From Pelomyxa schiedti (taxonomy: Eukaryota > Protista > Evosea), in NCBI GenBank assembly GCA_020536535.1, contig JAHLWZ010000801.1, positions 62,001 to 126,000 of the forward strand: 64,000 nucleotides of DNA, written 5' to 3'. The notes beneath the pieces were generated by a model. It saw only the letters and a program-made list of their open reading frames with translations, had not been told where the DNA came from and ran no database searches. Of this stretch, positions 26,492 to 39,716 are shown piece after piece; the stretch's first letter is position 1; every line of letters starts with the position of its first letter. The translations under genes and the position numbers were made by a program.

Positions 26492-29400
26492 CTACGACTT
26501 TCGTGGCGCGGCGAGTTTTTGTTCCTGCTGGGAATTCACACCCGTACTTGTGGTTGAAGTGATGATGGGTTCGTTGTCAGTGGGTTGTGAGCTTGCGGTG
26601 GTTGCTGTTGCTGATGCGTCGGTGAGCACTTTGAGCACTTCGGTGCAGGACAGTTTGGCTTTGTGCGTGAGTATGCCGGTCTTGTCCTGCCACTCCACAA
26701 ACTCCCGCAGGAAGGCCGTGAGGTGGGTGAAGGAGTGTGTGGGCAGGGCTTCAAGGGCTAGGCTGCAGTTCTTTGGGTGTTGCTGTACAAGGCAACCAAC
26801 GAGGAGCGCGGCGTAGGATGCTAGAACCCGGTTCTCCTGGGGTATCTCCTAAGCAAGCAAATTTAGTACTTGGACAAAAGGTTGTTGCATCACCTCGGAA
26901 GATGTTGTGGTGCAGTTCTCCAAGAAAATATCAACAATGGAAGGCATAAGAGGTTTCTGTCCAACTTCTACGTTGTGTGGCATTATCTATCATATTTCCT
27001 CCTCTTCACCCAAAGCGTACTTGTTTTTATCGTTGCTTCTCGTATGTGTGGGTTACCTTCAGCCAAGTTTATGAGAAGCCCTAGTGTAAGTACACGTATG
27101 TCATGTGTATTGCAGTTTGGAGGGTATTGCAGGGACAATAACCCCGACTAATTGGTTCTGAGTACTATCGAGTCATTGAGATCACTTACTACTAAATCCA
27201 AGCTTTGTGGGTTGCCATAAAACGGGCTCGCGGCTGTTTCATTGCCCTCCGTAAGATTGATCAATGCTTTGAGTATTGCAATTGTAATTGTCTGTACTTT
27301 TTGGGTATTGTAAGTGGAAGAAGGTTGGAACTTCTGCATATGGTCTCTTTCAGAGATAGATACCTCTGCTTTTGCTGTCATCCAGTACACTGAGCAGTAT
27401 CTCAACTGCTCCTTCCCTAACAAGTACTTGTTGATTTTCAGAGTTCAAGAACGTAACGTTTTCAACAATCTTGAGACAATTTTCTACTTGCCAAAGAAAA
27501 GAGCGATTGGTCCACCTCTGTGTGACTGTTGAAAAGAAAAAAAAGTTGCACTGGGACATACATCAGAACTACTTTTCAAAGTTGTTTTATAGCCTTTTAG
27601 CACACTCAGTATCACTTCTAGAGCACCGCATCTGAAAGTACGTTATTTTAGTGGATGGGTAACGGCCCTTTACTTTCGGCACTCATCATTGACAGAATGA
27701 TTTTTTTGTGAGCTTGTAATTAGTTGTAGACACTCAAGCCCAACAACTCCCGCCGTGATCTGTATTGTTATTTTCAGACTGTTGGAAGAATGTGCCTTCA
27801 TACCTCCTCGAAGTTGTGAGGGAGATTCGAAAATAACTGCTGAACTTGGCTAATCTGCTTTGAGGGAGATCGTATCACATAACTTACAACGATGATGAAA
27901 TAAAACCTCATAAACACCAGCAGTTACAGGCTTTAGGGGTGAATCGGCACAGGCACAAGAAAGTAGCCAGTTTTTCCTCTTTTTTGGAGGGGACAAAGGT
28001 GGTGAGCCTACATGCAGAGGATTCGTTGGTGTGGGACTGGTTTTGTTCAAAGACCCCAACAGAAGTAGTTGCTTGACTACCTGAGTAAATTGAATATGTA
28101 CCTGGTTTAGTTTAAAATGACCTTTATTACTAGTGCAAGGCAATCCCCATTTGCATAGGATAGGTTTGCAGGGTCTCCCAAAAGAAAATAAAGAGCGGAA
28201 ACGGCACAGAGTGACATCACCTTTAGAACAAGAAGAGAGTCTTTCATTTCATGGTTTTAAATTGTTTTATTTTAACTTTGTTACCTCATCACCAGCAGCT
28301 TTATGATCAATAGATGTAAAAATTTTTTCGAACAAACCGTGGGCCCGCAGCACGAGACCTACATCATTGGTGCTATGCTTACATAGTTTGACAAAATTAC
28401 AGCAACTGTGTGAGATTCAGCGAAAACGTTAACAAAAATTAAATGAAAATGGAAAAAACCTGGCACGACAAGCAGAAAGGCGTTCCATCTCTATGCCATC
28501 CAGAAGGTACGAAATTTCATCAAGAAGGTGGAAATTTTTTTGCTGTTCTGAAGTTCCTAAGGATGATGCCGATTCATCAATTTCCTAATATAGTGTTTAG
28601 AAAGAAGTGATGACAGGAAACATACCTCAAATTCGCTTCCATAACTACTTCGCCGTCTGACCCGTGAGAGGGTTCTTGTTATCCGGGGACGTTTACTTTT
28701 TTGTGAGGAAGGTTTTTCTTTGTGTGCGTTTTTTGTAGTCGGATCTTCAAGGCAGAAAGGGCTCTAAGTGTGGTTAAGTGGAGCCTTTCAAAAGCTTCTT
28801 ACTTTGTCTTTTGGTGTGAAAGGGAGTCTACGGGGAGGTGTAGCTAGCAAATCACTCTCACTCAATCTTCTTCGCAATGGAGACCCTCTGTCAAGCCCTT
28901 ATTCACCATTAATATCAAATTTTCATTCCTATTAGGACAACTTGCTGACCTGCACTAGCTGAATGAGGCCTTAGAGGAGTAGTTGGTGTTGGACTTTGAT
29001 TTTCTGTGCTCTCAACATCTTTCTTCTGGGGAGAAGATAGTAAGGTAGGTGCTTGTGATGGTACAGTTGGAGTTCCCTTGGGTGGTGTTGCAGGAGATAG
29101 AGTGGGGGATTCATGTTGTCCTTTGGTTGGCGTTGTGGGAGTTGGAATATGTTGTAGTGATACAGGAGATATAACGGTGTGACCAAATCGATTATACACA
29201 CGCCGGCGTGATGGAGATGTTGGTGAGAGTGAAGAGGCTGTTGATAGAACGGGATTGGACCCAACCGGCAAAGAGAACGGTTTTTCTTTTGATGTGTCTA
29301 GAAGTTGGTTGCTGAGGTTGACCTGTTGTGGTGGGAGAGTTGAAGAAGAAACTCCAGAGTTTTCAATAGAGCGAGGCAAGGTTTCTGTTGTGGGTACCAC

Positions 29401-30245
29401 TTTAACATCCGAAACTGGAGGCTGTGTGTCTGCTTGTGTAACTGAAAAGTGCATGGGGTTGGAGAAGTCAACAAAGAAATGGCAACTAGATTACCTTGTA
29501 TTTCAATGCTTCTTGGTTTATCTGTTTCAAGCGGTACAACAGGTTGCTGTGATTGGTGAAGTGAAGTTGATCTCCTCCTCAAAGTCAATGGAGAACGTGG
29601 CTTAATGGGACTGGCTGGAGTTGGCAAAATAGGTGTTGAATTTGGTGTGCTTTTTGTGGATGGTGGAATAGAAGCACTACCCCCATTGGCATCCCTTGCA
29701 CTAAAAATTTGGGTGACATTACTTCCACGGTTTTTGTCAATGTTTGAAGTTTCGTTCTTTCTTCTGTTCTTTTTGGATTTGACCTCCACATTAAGTAAAG
29801 GGTCCTCTTGTTTTGTTTCTTTCACGTTGGGACGAATTGGGCAGAGAGGAAGTCTTTTGCGGGACACTTTCATCTCAATTCCCGCATCAAAATCAAACAC
29901 ATCTTTGCTACTCTTTTGTAAAGCATCACTGTCACTGGAACTACATGAAGGGCTCTTCTCACGCTTCCTATTCTTACGTTTCTGTGCCGAAGAGGGGTTA
30001 TGCGGGTCGATGTTCTCTGTGTCCGTGTCTGTGTCGCTGAAGTGGCACGAACGCTCCTTGGTGGTCGCAGAGCCAACAGAATGAAGTCGCGACGACGGAG
30101 AAGACGAGAACGGCGAGGTCGGAGATGATGACGCCGAAGACAAGATCCGAGACAAAGTCGGCGGGCCGGTCACAGATCGCGACAACGAACCCTCAGTCAC
30201 TTTTGCAGTTGTCGCACTTCCGGCTCTGCGTCGCCTGAATGCCAT
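26492..30245 (-). CDS. WAPL: Wings-apart-like cohesin release factor
   Basis: Long disordered S/P/K-rich N-terminus with DVFDFD; helical C-terminal domain LLDEISYLLDGI, VLRAHG, LKIVENVTFLNSENQ, LKALINLT, LGLLINLAE, SYAALLVGCL, FLREFVEW. Confidence 0.8.
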
Positions 30246-30344
30246 CAACAAGCGAGATCCCGCACCGCCGACGCCTGACTTCGCAAAAAAACCAATCAAA
30301 TTTTGTCTGCGCCGAAGGGACAAAAAAGCACCATAACGTTTGGC

Positions 30345-33341
30345 ATGAGTAAGAGCCCGGACGTTGGCCTAGGGGGTGGCGATGTGCCGACTGTAGACGA
30401 CCTCGCCGGCGACTGGTGGTCCCCAATCTCTGAGGAGCACACCTCCCTGCCCACAATTACGAATTTCAGGGGAACTGTGCAGGTGCAGTGCGGGGAAAAG
30501 TGACACCACTCCCCTGCTCTCTAATTTATCCTGGGATCAGACGCCACACCTCCAACAAACGAAATCAAACTAATAATCATCATAATAATAATAAAACTAG
30601 ACCCAACCACTACTACTACACAGGCAGCGTGGAATGTAAGTGGAGTCCAGAACTTCATTTGTGCTCCTGTTGGAATAAGCAGCCCATTTGGAATGATGTT
30701 CTTGTGTGGTAGTGACGGAAGGCCACAGCAATTCCCAAAAAGAGTACGTCCCACATCATTTATACGAACTTCTTTTGGATGTTATTATGAAGACTGAAAT
30801 TCCAGCTGTTTTTTCCACCTGACTTGGGGTCTTGAAGGGGATGAAATACCGATGGAAGTGCTATGAACTTGAGCGCGAGTCTTGCGGCGTGCACACAGCT
30901 GTGAGAATGCACCCTCAGAAAGATGCAATTATTGAATGCATTACAGCCGATAGGTTCGCACTGCACTGCATTCACGGCCAAGTCGATAATGGTTTTATTT
31001 GTTGCACAGGGACATTGACGTATTTCTCGTTTTCAGTGGTTTGGCACGGGTGTGGCGTTTCACTGACTATTGGAACCTTCCTCCAGAAGACGTTCCTCAG
31101 TACAATGTGTGCCTGAGCCCCACTGGGTGCTTCCACATGACCGACTGCAAAACCTTTGGTTGTATGGACGTCTATGTGGAAGGGTCACTGAGTAAGATTA
31201 TTTATAGCGAATTGGCTGATTTTCTTGCACCTGGTATCCTTCGTCAATTTACCAAACAACAGTTTGAGCCTCACAAAAAAAAAAAAAAAAAAAAAAAGGA
31301 GAGGAGTGTGAGCACCTCCTTAAACAAGGGAGAGTTGGAGTATCGAAGATTTCTCTGCCAAGAGGAGTACCTTTCTACTGGTAAAAAATGGACTGCTTGC
31401 TATCATTTTTTCCCCCTAAATGAACCGCCAATAGGTATGCACTGATGGGAGTTGAAGAGCATCACACACCTCTTACAAACCCCATTGCTGATTTCGAATC
31501 CTTTAAATTTTTGTGGCAAAATGTTGGAGACAAAGCTACTTTCATGTAATCACTCAGCTAATAGGTGTGGTCTGCTGCATTCACACCTGGCAATGCTGAG
31601 TTTGAAGGTCATCTTCCAAAATATTCTTTGTTTGGAGCAGTACGATAAGAACCTTTCCTTGTACAAATGCTCATGAACTCCAGAAAATAGGAGTCGATCT
31701 ATCTCGGCTCTATTACATGTCTATTCTTGTACATATTCATTTAACAAAAGGAGTAGTAATCGTTACTTAGACCCTGCTCATGACTCGGAGGAGGTTTCCT
31801 CCACAGCAACCTCGTGCGTTAATAGCTACTGGTGGCCAAGCAATCTGGTATTTACATCCCTACCTGCCTACCCTAAAGTTCTGCAAATAGGAGTGAAGAA
31901 AGGAAGACAATAGATTATGCCTATGTCTGGTATGAGTCTCCCTTGATATTTAGTACATTCAACGCGTAGAATTTTTTCCTCCCAAGGGGGGGACCTGAAG
32001 GGGCACCCACAACAATATTCCTCTGGGAAGTGGAGTTCCAAGCACCACTTTTGGCCAGACTGGACCCCACAGCTCTGCGGAACATTTTAGAGCGTTTTAT
32101 GTCCGAATCACAACTGATGCACCACTGGGGAATTGAATGTATCAGTGGAAAAGGGGTTGGAATGTGCTACGGTGTGAATAGAAGTGCATTGCTTTCCTGT
32201 GTAAAAAGGTGGAAAGATCCTTTACTTCCTTCCTCATCTCAATTTAGGTATGTTGACATCACCACTGACAAGCAGTGGGCTTTGAAGCATTTGGACTTCC
32301 TTCGAACTTGTGCTGCTCAAAGTTCAGAGCTTTCTGACTACGGAGATTGCCAAAACGTTGCTCTCCTTCCCTGCTGTGTAAATTTCAGCAACAATTAAAT
32401 ATCCTCCTAAGATCCTTGAATGCGTGAGTACCTACGAACATAAAATAGCAGCATTCAATGCTGGTGCGGTTGGAGGACTTGAGTTTTTGTATGAGCTGAC
32501 TGGAGAAGTACGTTCGTTGGGTTTTTTTGGTCCCCGGACACCCGCCACTACTTCCGTTTCTTCTTCTAACGTGAACAAAAAAGACTGAATACATGGAAAG
32601 GGCAAAACTGTTGGCTGCCAACGTGTTAAGTCTGTTCCGAAATGGACCTTTTGCATGCCTTCAGGTCCTTTCCTTTCTCTTTTCTTCCACATTAATGGGG
32701 CAAAACAGCCAGACGGCTCCGAGAGAATTGTGAAAACCGTTCTTGACTTTGTTTACGTTGGAGAGAACATGGCAAGATTCCTTCCTGCTACCATCAAACA
32801 ACAAATGGTGGCGTTTCTTTCCTCAGAGTTACTGACACCGGATTGGATTTTTGCCCTTGCCCCATCAGATCCAGATGCTTTAACTCATAATCTTCCAGCG
32901 TTCCAGACGTACCGAGCCGATCACCAAGTAAGCTTCTGAAGCTGTTATCTCATCGTTGCGTTGATCAGCGGCTGGGAACTAACAAACAAAATCGCCACAA
33001 ATAGGCAACGGGAAGCTACCCTGGGTGGCCTGGCCGCGTTAGTGGAATCCTATTTGCATTCGGCTGCAAAGGTTTAAGCTTCTCCCGCTCACTTCGACCA
33101 CCTCTCACCAACCGCAGAGCTTGCCCAGCAGTGGTTGTCGCGAGTGCAAACCCTCACGCAGGAAGGGCCCTTTGGGCAGGCCCACTTCATCCACAACAAC
33201 ACAAGCACGCCATTACCATCACCAGACCCCACACGACACGACGCAGTCTTTGCCCGCAAAGCCAGCTTCATGAACGGCAACTGTAACCTCGAGTCCTGCG
33301 GCTCCGCCTTCGCCACCGCTTTACTTTCCAACTTCCTGTAA
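30345..33341 (+). CDS. Putative six-hairpin (alpha/alpha) glycosidase-like protein of bacterial type, multi-exon
   Basis: Spliced exons include TTIFLWEVEFQAPLLARLDP, ECVSTYEHKIAAFNA, KTVLDFVYVG, MVAFLSSELLTPDWIFAL, RADHQATGSYPGWP, EGPFGQAH and ESCGSAF. The fold assignment is inference. Confidence 0.45.
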
Positions 33342-33467
33342 GCAGTTTGTCCCCCGCCAAAAAACGATTGAACTTTCGCACCCAAAAGGGGGTACGTTAC
33401 CCTCCAATGGCTGCACACAGGAGAAACGAAACCGCACGCCAGAACACAAAACACAAAAATAATCGAG

Positions 33468-35994
33468 ATGGCCCGACAGCTCTACTGTGGCGACGAGTTG
33501 CGTTTCCGGGACGATTTGAGGAGAATGGCTCAGCTGTTGCCTCCTGAAATGGCAGGAATGCTTTGTGGCGAGTTTCTAGACGTAGTTGGCAATGCAGACG
33601 TCTGCGTCGAGCCGTTCAAATTCGCTCTCGACCATGTCGACGCCGGCTCCGCAGCGACTTTGTTCCTTACCGCCAATCGACAGCAACAACAAGCGGTACA
33701 GCGACATTTGGAGCAGCAACAACAAGCACTGGAGCAGCTACAACAAGCACTACGGCAGGAGCAGCAAGCACTACAGCAGGAGCAACAAGCACTACTGCAA
33801 CAGCAACAACCACTGCTGCAAAGGGAGGAGGAGGTCGCCCGGCTCAAGGGAGAGGCAGACCGTTTGCGTCGCCGATTCGATTGGAAGGGGGAAACCAGTC
33901 GCGTGTGCGCATTGCTTGGCACTCTCAGGGGAATGCACCCCCAGCGCGTGGAAAAAGCCATACGAGTTGTGCAAATGTTCCCTGCCTCGGACGACTTCAT
34001 GCTTCAGCTGATGCGATTCCGTGACCCACAGCTAACACTAGACACTTTAGTGCCAATCGTTGAGAGACTGCCGCCACTAAGGACTTCGATCGCCAAGTCC
34101 TCATCAGCGTATTATGCCGCAAGATGTTTGTCCATTCTATTTCATCCATTCATTTAACCCTCCCAAAGGGGAAGGTGTGAGCTTGGAGGATGTGATTTTG
34201 ACAAAAAGAGCAAAGAAAGTACATGAGCTAGTGTCTAGAGCCCTGCTACGGGGAGCGATTCTGGTGCAAGCGCCTCCCTATTGTGGGAAAACTGCTTTGG
34301 CAAGGACTCTTATTGCCGCCCAGGCACTTACTCTGCCTGTACACTTTATTCACATTCAACTCCCCCTCATTCCTTTTAAGGTCTTCTCTGCCACTATGCT
34401 GGATAGGAACCAGCCACAGTTCTGGAGCAATATCGCAGCCCAGCTGAATGGGCAACATGGTGTGTTTATTTTGGATGAGGCACAAGAGGCCTATAAATGT
34501 GAGTCTGCCAAACCCATGTGGGAGACAGCAAAAAGCCTTCTCCAGGCCCCACGAACAACTTTTTGCATGATCTTCTTTTCCCTTTATGGTGACACTGCCA
34601 ATGCACGTATGATCCCTACTATTTTTTGTGAACTGAACTTATAAAATAGCCACACCAGTCACATTTGTTGCAAATTCCTCACTGTCTCTTGATTTTTTGG
34701 CTTTTTCACAGGTTATCTCATCATCTTCTTCCCTCAAGGTAACAGTTGTGTCTCTACCAGGAAGAACGTAATGAGATTAAAGACCGGATTAATACTCTCC
34801 AGCAATCAAAGGCTTTACCAATAGTTGCACCTTCAGCCTTAGATGAAGTCTTCAACCTAACTGGGGGACATCCTGGCTTGTCCAGTTCACTGATTCAGGA
34901 CATTCTGGCCAAACGACTTTTCTCTTTCGAGGAAATCTTTTGGTTCCTACACTCAGGTTTCTACTTAAGTAAGCAGAGTAAACCTGGCTTACATTATCAC
35001 AGAATGAGCCCTTAACGTGGCGAGAGGAACTAGAGCGTTGATCAACTACTCCGACGGAAGTGATGATATGGAAATAGCTGCCGAAAAACAGTTTTTGAGA
35101 TATATTTTGGAGTCCAAGGAGAGCGCCATTCCAACAAGTGCGCTATCACCAGAGCAACACAACATCGCCGATAGACTTGTGAAACGAGGGATATTATACA
35201 AAAGCATCAATGAGGTTTTGATGTTCGCAGCACCTTTAATTGTCGGGTTCTGTAAGTCACTTCTTGATGTTTCACACTACTAACGTCACATACAGATTGG
35301 CTATCTTTCTTTCATGATGTAAGAAGTAATATCTGTAGGCATTCCTCTTTATCCCTTGTTGAATGCGTCATCGATGCACTTAAAGTTATATCATGGACAG
35401 AATTGACATACAATGTTCTTAGTGATACAGGTGTTTCACCCCCAACTTACATCCTATTACTAAGTTCACGTTACACAGCCTCTTCCAGTGGTTCCACTCA
35501 CATCAGAGAAGAACAATGGAGATTACTGATGTATAAGGCCTTATGTTTTGTTATGCCACCAGGTAAAATTTCTAGCTTGAATCGAGACACCTGAACAGCT
35601 ATATCAGAGAGCTTTGTTGTGGCTGATGTGGGACCCGAGTTCGGTAGCACCGGCTATGTGGACCTTTATGTCGACCGTTCACTTGAATGGGCCCTGGAGC
35701 TACTTACTCATAGTTCGCTCTCCTACTCTTACCCACTTTGCCAACATACATTAGATCTACAGGAGCATTTTGATGGATTCCAAGGGAAATTCAGTTGCCA
35801 TTCCGTTCAAGGATTGGGTTGTCATTGAGTTACGTGACCGTGACTGTGGGCCCCCTGTGAATCTCACTTTAGCAATTACACTGCAGAACAGAAGTCACAT
35901 ATCCTGCAAGTTGTCGTTAAGCCTTTCTCCGAATACAGTGAGCTCTTTCAAGGCGGGGTTCATCGCGCAGCATTTCACCTGCGACCGTGAGTAA
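33468..35994 (+). CDS. Crinkler-type P-loop NTPase plus PD-(D/E)xK restriction-endonuclease-fold protein with an apparent frameshift near 35795
   Basis: Walker A APPYCGKT, Walker B FILDEAQ, LTGGHPGL; C-terminal EEQWRLLMY...DVGPEFGSTGYVDLYV...WALELL...DLQEHFDGF, then IPFKDWVVIELR in another frame. Confidence 0.7.
33711..33815 (+). repeat. Five degenerate 21-bp coding tandem repeats (xQQQQAL heptads)
   Basis: gagcagcaacaacaagcactg / gagcagctacaacaagcacta / cggcaggagcagcaagcacta / cagcaggagcaacaagcacta / ctgcaacagcaacaaccactg. Confidence 0.85.
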
Positions 35995-36130
35995 AGAAGC
36001 TCAAACGGAAAAATCAATTGTAAATGCAGTAATAACTGTTTACCTACACAAAACTATTTTTGGCGAATATTTCTGTCTATTTACATCTCAATCACGGTGG
36101 AAGTAGGTGTGTTGATGATCACATGGATGC

Positions 36131-39127
36131 TCAATGATGCTGGGTGTTGTTTGGAGCTGTCCTCCGTGCTTCAGAGAAGGCCAGCTTGTGAGCAGCAGAA
36201 AGGGTTTCCTCCAATCTGCACAGCAGCTTCTCGTATTTCTCTGCCTCTTGGTGTAGGCTGTGCTGGTGTTGCTGTGTGATGGTTTCTATGTGCTTGGTGT
36301 TTGCTTGTTCTTGTGAAGCGAGTTGCCGCAGGGTTGACTGTTCCTGCGCGGCCAGTCTGCTTTCCATAGCGGATATCTGCATTGAAAGGGGGAAAAGTGT
36401 AAAATTCGAAGCAGAGATAAATTCATTGTTACTTTGGCAGCGAACTGTGCAGCTTGATTCTCCAGCGTTTGTTTGTTGTATTGGCTCATCAGTTCAAGTT
36501 CCTTCAAGACTTTCTCTTTTTCCGTATGTTCATTCTGGAGCTTGGCCTCTGTCTTTTGGAGTCATGAGTCACACACAACAAGAATTGTAGTTACTTGTGC
36601 GAGCTGGACTTTCGTATCACCACCTTCTGATTCGGACCTAGCGAGCAAAGACTGTAATTCGGTTATGTGTTGTATTTGGTGGGCTTGTATTTCTTTCGAC
36701 ACAAGAATCGCTCTGATGAGAGTAGGTAAGAATGTTATTGAATTTCTGAGGGCAGTTATTAACTGCTCGTGGTTGCAGTGTGCAGCTTCCAACTCCTTCT
36801 GCAGTGCCGTGATTTCTGCATTCATGTCGTTGAGCTTTGACTGCAAATCCAACACGATGTTTTCGCGTTGAGACAGTTCTTGAGAGGTAATTTCCTTCAT
36901 TGAAGTGAACTGTTGGTGTATCCAATGGATTATATGGAAGCCGGTGTTTACCTCCTTCTTCTGCGCTTCCGACAACTGCTGTTGCTGTTCGGAGATATGT
37001 TGCTCGTACCGCTCCTTCTCTTGGGATAGCTGAGCCTTCAGTTGTTGCCCTAGCTGAGTTGTCGTGTAAGAAACCCGTTGGGGTGTAATTATTTATAACT
37101 GGAGAACCTTCTCCGTAGAAGAAAGAGTTGCTTGCGTTTTCTGAAGCTCCCCGGTTATGGCCTGAAGCTTAGTCTTGGTTTCGGCTTCTGCAGCTTTTGC
37201 CGCACGCTCCATCTGGGAAATAGTTTTATGCAATTGATCAACCTCCTTTTCCAGTCCTCGAGATGCTTCTATCAATTCGTTTCAAATAGTGTGGTGGTGA
37301 CTTTGGAGCAAACCTTGTTGGAGCCCAAACTGCTTTTCTTTTTCTGCTATTGTGGAGTGAAGTTCTGAGATTTGCGTAGAAAGACCCTTGTTTTGTTCCT
37401 GGAGTTGCTTGACGAATTCCTGCAATTTCCTGTTCTTGTTTTTCTCTGCTCTCGAGTCTTGCTTCATTCCAGCACACTTTTGTTCCAGTTGTCTGTAACT
37501 CTGATAAGTGTTATCAGAGGTGACTCGGGTTTAAACTTTGAAGATATATGTTGTCAACCTTGGTTGTTGTGTCCAACTGTTGTTGTGTTTGAGCAAGGGA
37601 GTTGGTTGAAAGCTCTCGTGCCACACGTAGTTCTTCTTCAAGTTGTTGTATTTTCTGCTTCATTCCCTCGGAATTTTTCAATTCTTCCCTGGAGGCCAGT
37701 AAATTGGTGTGGTGTTACCCCTTTCCCCGTTATTTTCTTAATTATTTCGTTTTTTATAACTAATTTTTTTTTCAGTCACAGACATGTTATTTCTTCCAAG
37801 AGTCTATGACATGAATGAGACATGGGAAGTTGTTTGTGTAAAAATTTGTCTGTACCTCAGGGTCCATTCGACAAGATGCTTGATCTTGAAGGCACATTCG
37901 GTTTGTCACTCCAATTTCTCTGTTACGTAAAATCGCTATTTCTGTGAAGTTGAATGGTATTTAGGATAAAATAAACTGATTTCTGTGGCACCTATGGCCT
38001 GCAAAATATCCGCAGGAACTTCGTTCCCAGCCACGTCCAGAAACGTCAATGAAAAGTTGTGTTTCAGTGCCTGTACAAGAGCCTTTCCACCAATAATTCC
38101 CATGTTGTTCCATCGCAGATCTAAGGAAGTGAGAATGCAGTACAATGCTAATTACTTACAACCTAGATGGGTAAGAGTTGTGTTGTGCTGCATAGCATGA
38201 GCGATGTTGCTTGTAGCTTGAGGGCTTATTCTGTTGTTGCGAAGGTCGAGATAAACCAGGGATTTATTCACAGTGAGAGCTTCAGACATTGCCTCAATGC
38301 CCTGATCCCAAAGACCGACAGTGTTCCATTCCAAAGACAACCTGGCAAAGGGGTGTAAAGTGCAGCTGTGATTTGTAAATTGTTCACACTTGGTGACAGC
38401 AGAATTATTTTTCAGGAGCTCTGCTACAGCGATGGCCCCTTGCTGTCTGATGTTATTCCCTCTCAGGTTTAAGGAGGTTATGGCATTGTTACTTTTCAGT
38501 GCCTCGCAAATAGAGCTGCATCCTGGAAGAAACTTGAGTTCGGTGCAATGGAGTGGGGTCACATTAAAAGCAAACGGAGCACAGTTAGAACTCAACCACG
38601 CACACCGTTTCACCTGTATCGGACACGGAAGTATCACTCAAATCCAATGACGTTATATTGCCCTCGAACTTGAGTGCCTCCCCAAGAGCCGCACATGCCT
38701 ACAGTACATCAAAATAAAACAACATGGGGAATAAAAAAAAAAAAAAAAAAAACCAACAACAAACAAACAAACAAACAAACAAACAAAAACCAACCCACAT
38801 AATTTGCCCATCATTCCATGGAGTGCGATAGGTTTTTTTTAAAAACAAAATAAAAAATCACAGCCAACACAGCCAAAGCCAGCCAACCTGGGAGCTCATG
38901 CAGACGCGCGACAAGTCCAAGTTGGTGCCAGCCGCGAGCACCTGGGTCAGGGGCACCACGTTCATGGCCGCGCACGCGGTCTCGTAGGCCGACGCGAACG
39001 ACGACGACGAGGACGCGCCGGAGGGCCTCCGCTGGTGCTGGGGCGTAGCTGTGCCACCACCGCCGCCTCCTCCGCCGCTTCCGTTTTCGTTGGTGCCGGT
39101 CGTGCCGTAACTCGTGGTTCGTTGCAT
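36131..39127 (-). CDS. RI-like leucine-rich repeat plus long coiled-coil protein (LRRC45-like)
   Basis: LRRs LNLRGNNI, LSLEWNTVG, LDLRNNRI, LDLRWNNMG, LDVAGNEV; C-terminal Q/E/K-rich coiled-coil exons. Confidence 0.7.
38753..38787. repeat. (AAAC)n microsatellite after a poly-A run in an intron
   Basis: ccaacaacaaacaaacaaacaaacaaacaaacaaa. Confidence 0.85.
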
Positions 39128-39716
39128 TTTCTCACAACGGGTTTTCGTGTGCGTGGAAAACTCCGGTGTGGGTGGCATTCAGGAGAACCCGGGAGTTATG
39201 GGACCGAGTGTGGACGGATTGAGAAGGTGTTCAGGCCAATGACCTTCAGCCACTTCTCTGGCCAACGGACAAAGGGGCATCATTTTTCCCCAAAGAACAA
39301 CAAAAAAACCGTTGACACCATTCCCCTGCGCGGGGTTGAAAAGCTCTCCATAATAAGTGGGTCACCGACTCTCGCTTAAGACTCAGAATGACACAACTCT
39401 CTTTCACCACCGAACACCAAACGTTTATTTATTAGGCTTCATTGTGATCCTGTTGAACAGTCCCACTTATTTTCCTTGTATGTTGGGCTCTGCACCAAAC
39501 AATAATATTGTCACACCATACCGCTTTCCTCCCCAACTTACGTTCAGTCTCAGATCTCGACAGTTGCAGATTAAACAAACAAAAACTTGGTCTCTTCGCC
39601 ACGCCGAGTGTGCCGCACAAGTTCTACGCAACAACCCAAGGTAATATTGTACTTTCGGCACCACGTTCGGGTTTTGTCTTTGACCGTATGTCGTCGCCAC
39701 TCACAAACACACAGAG

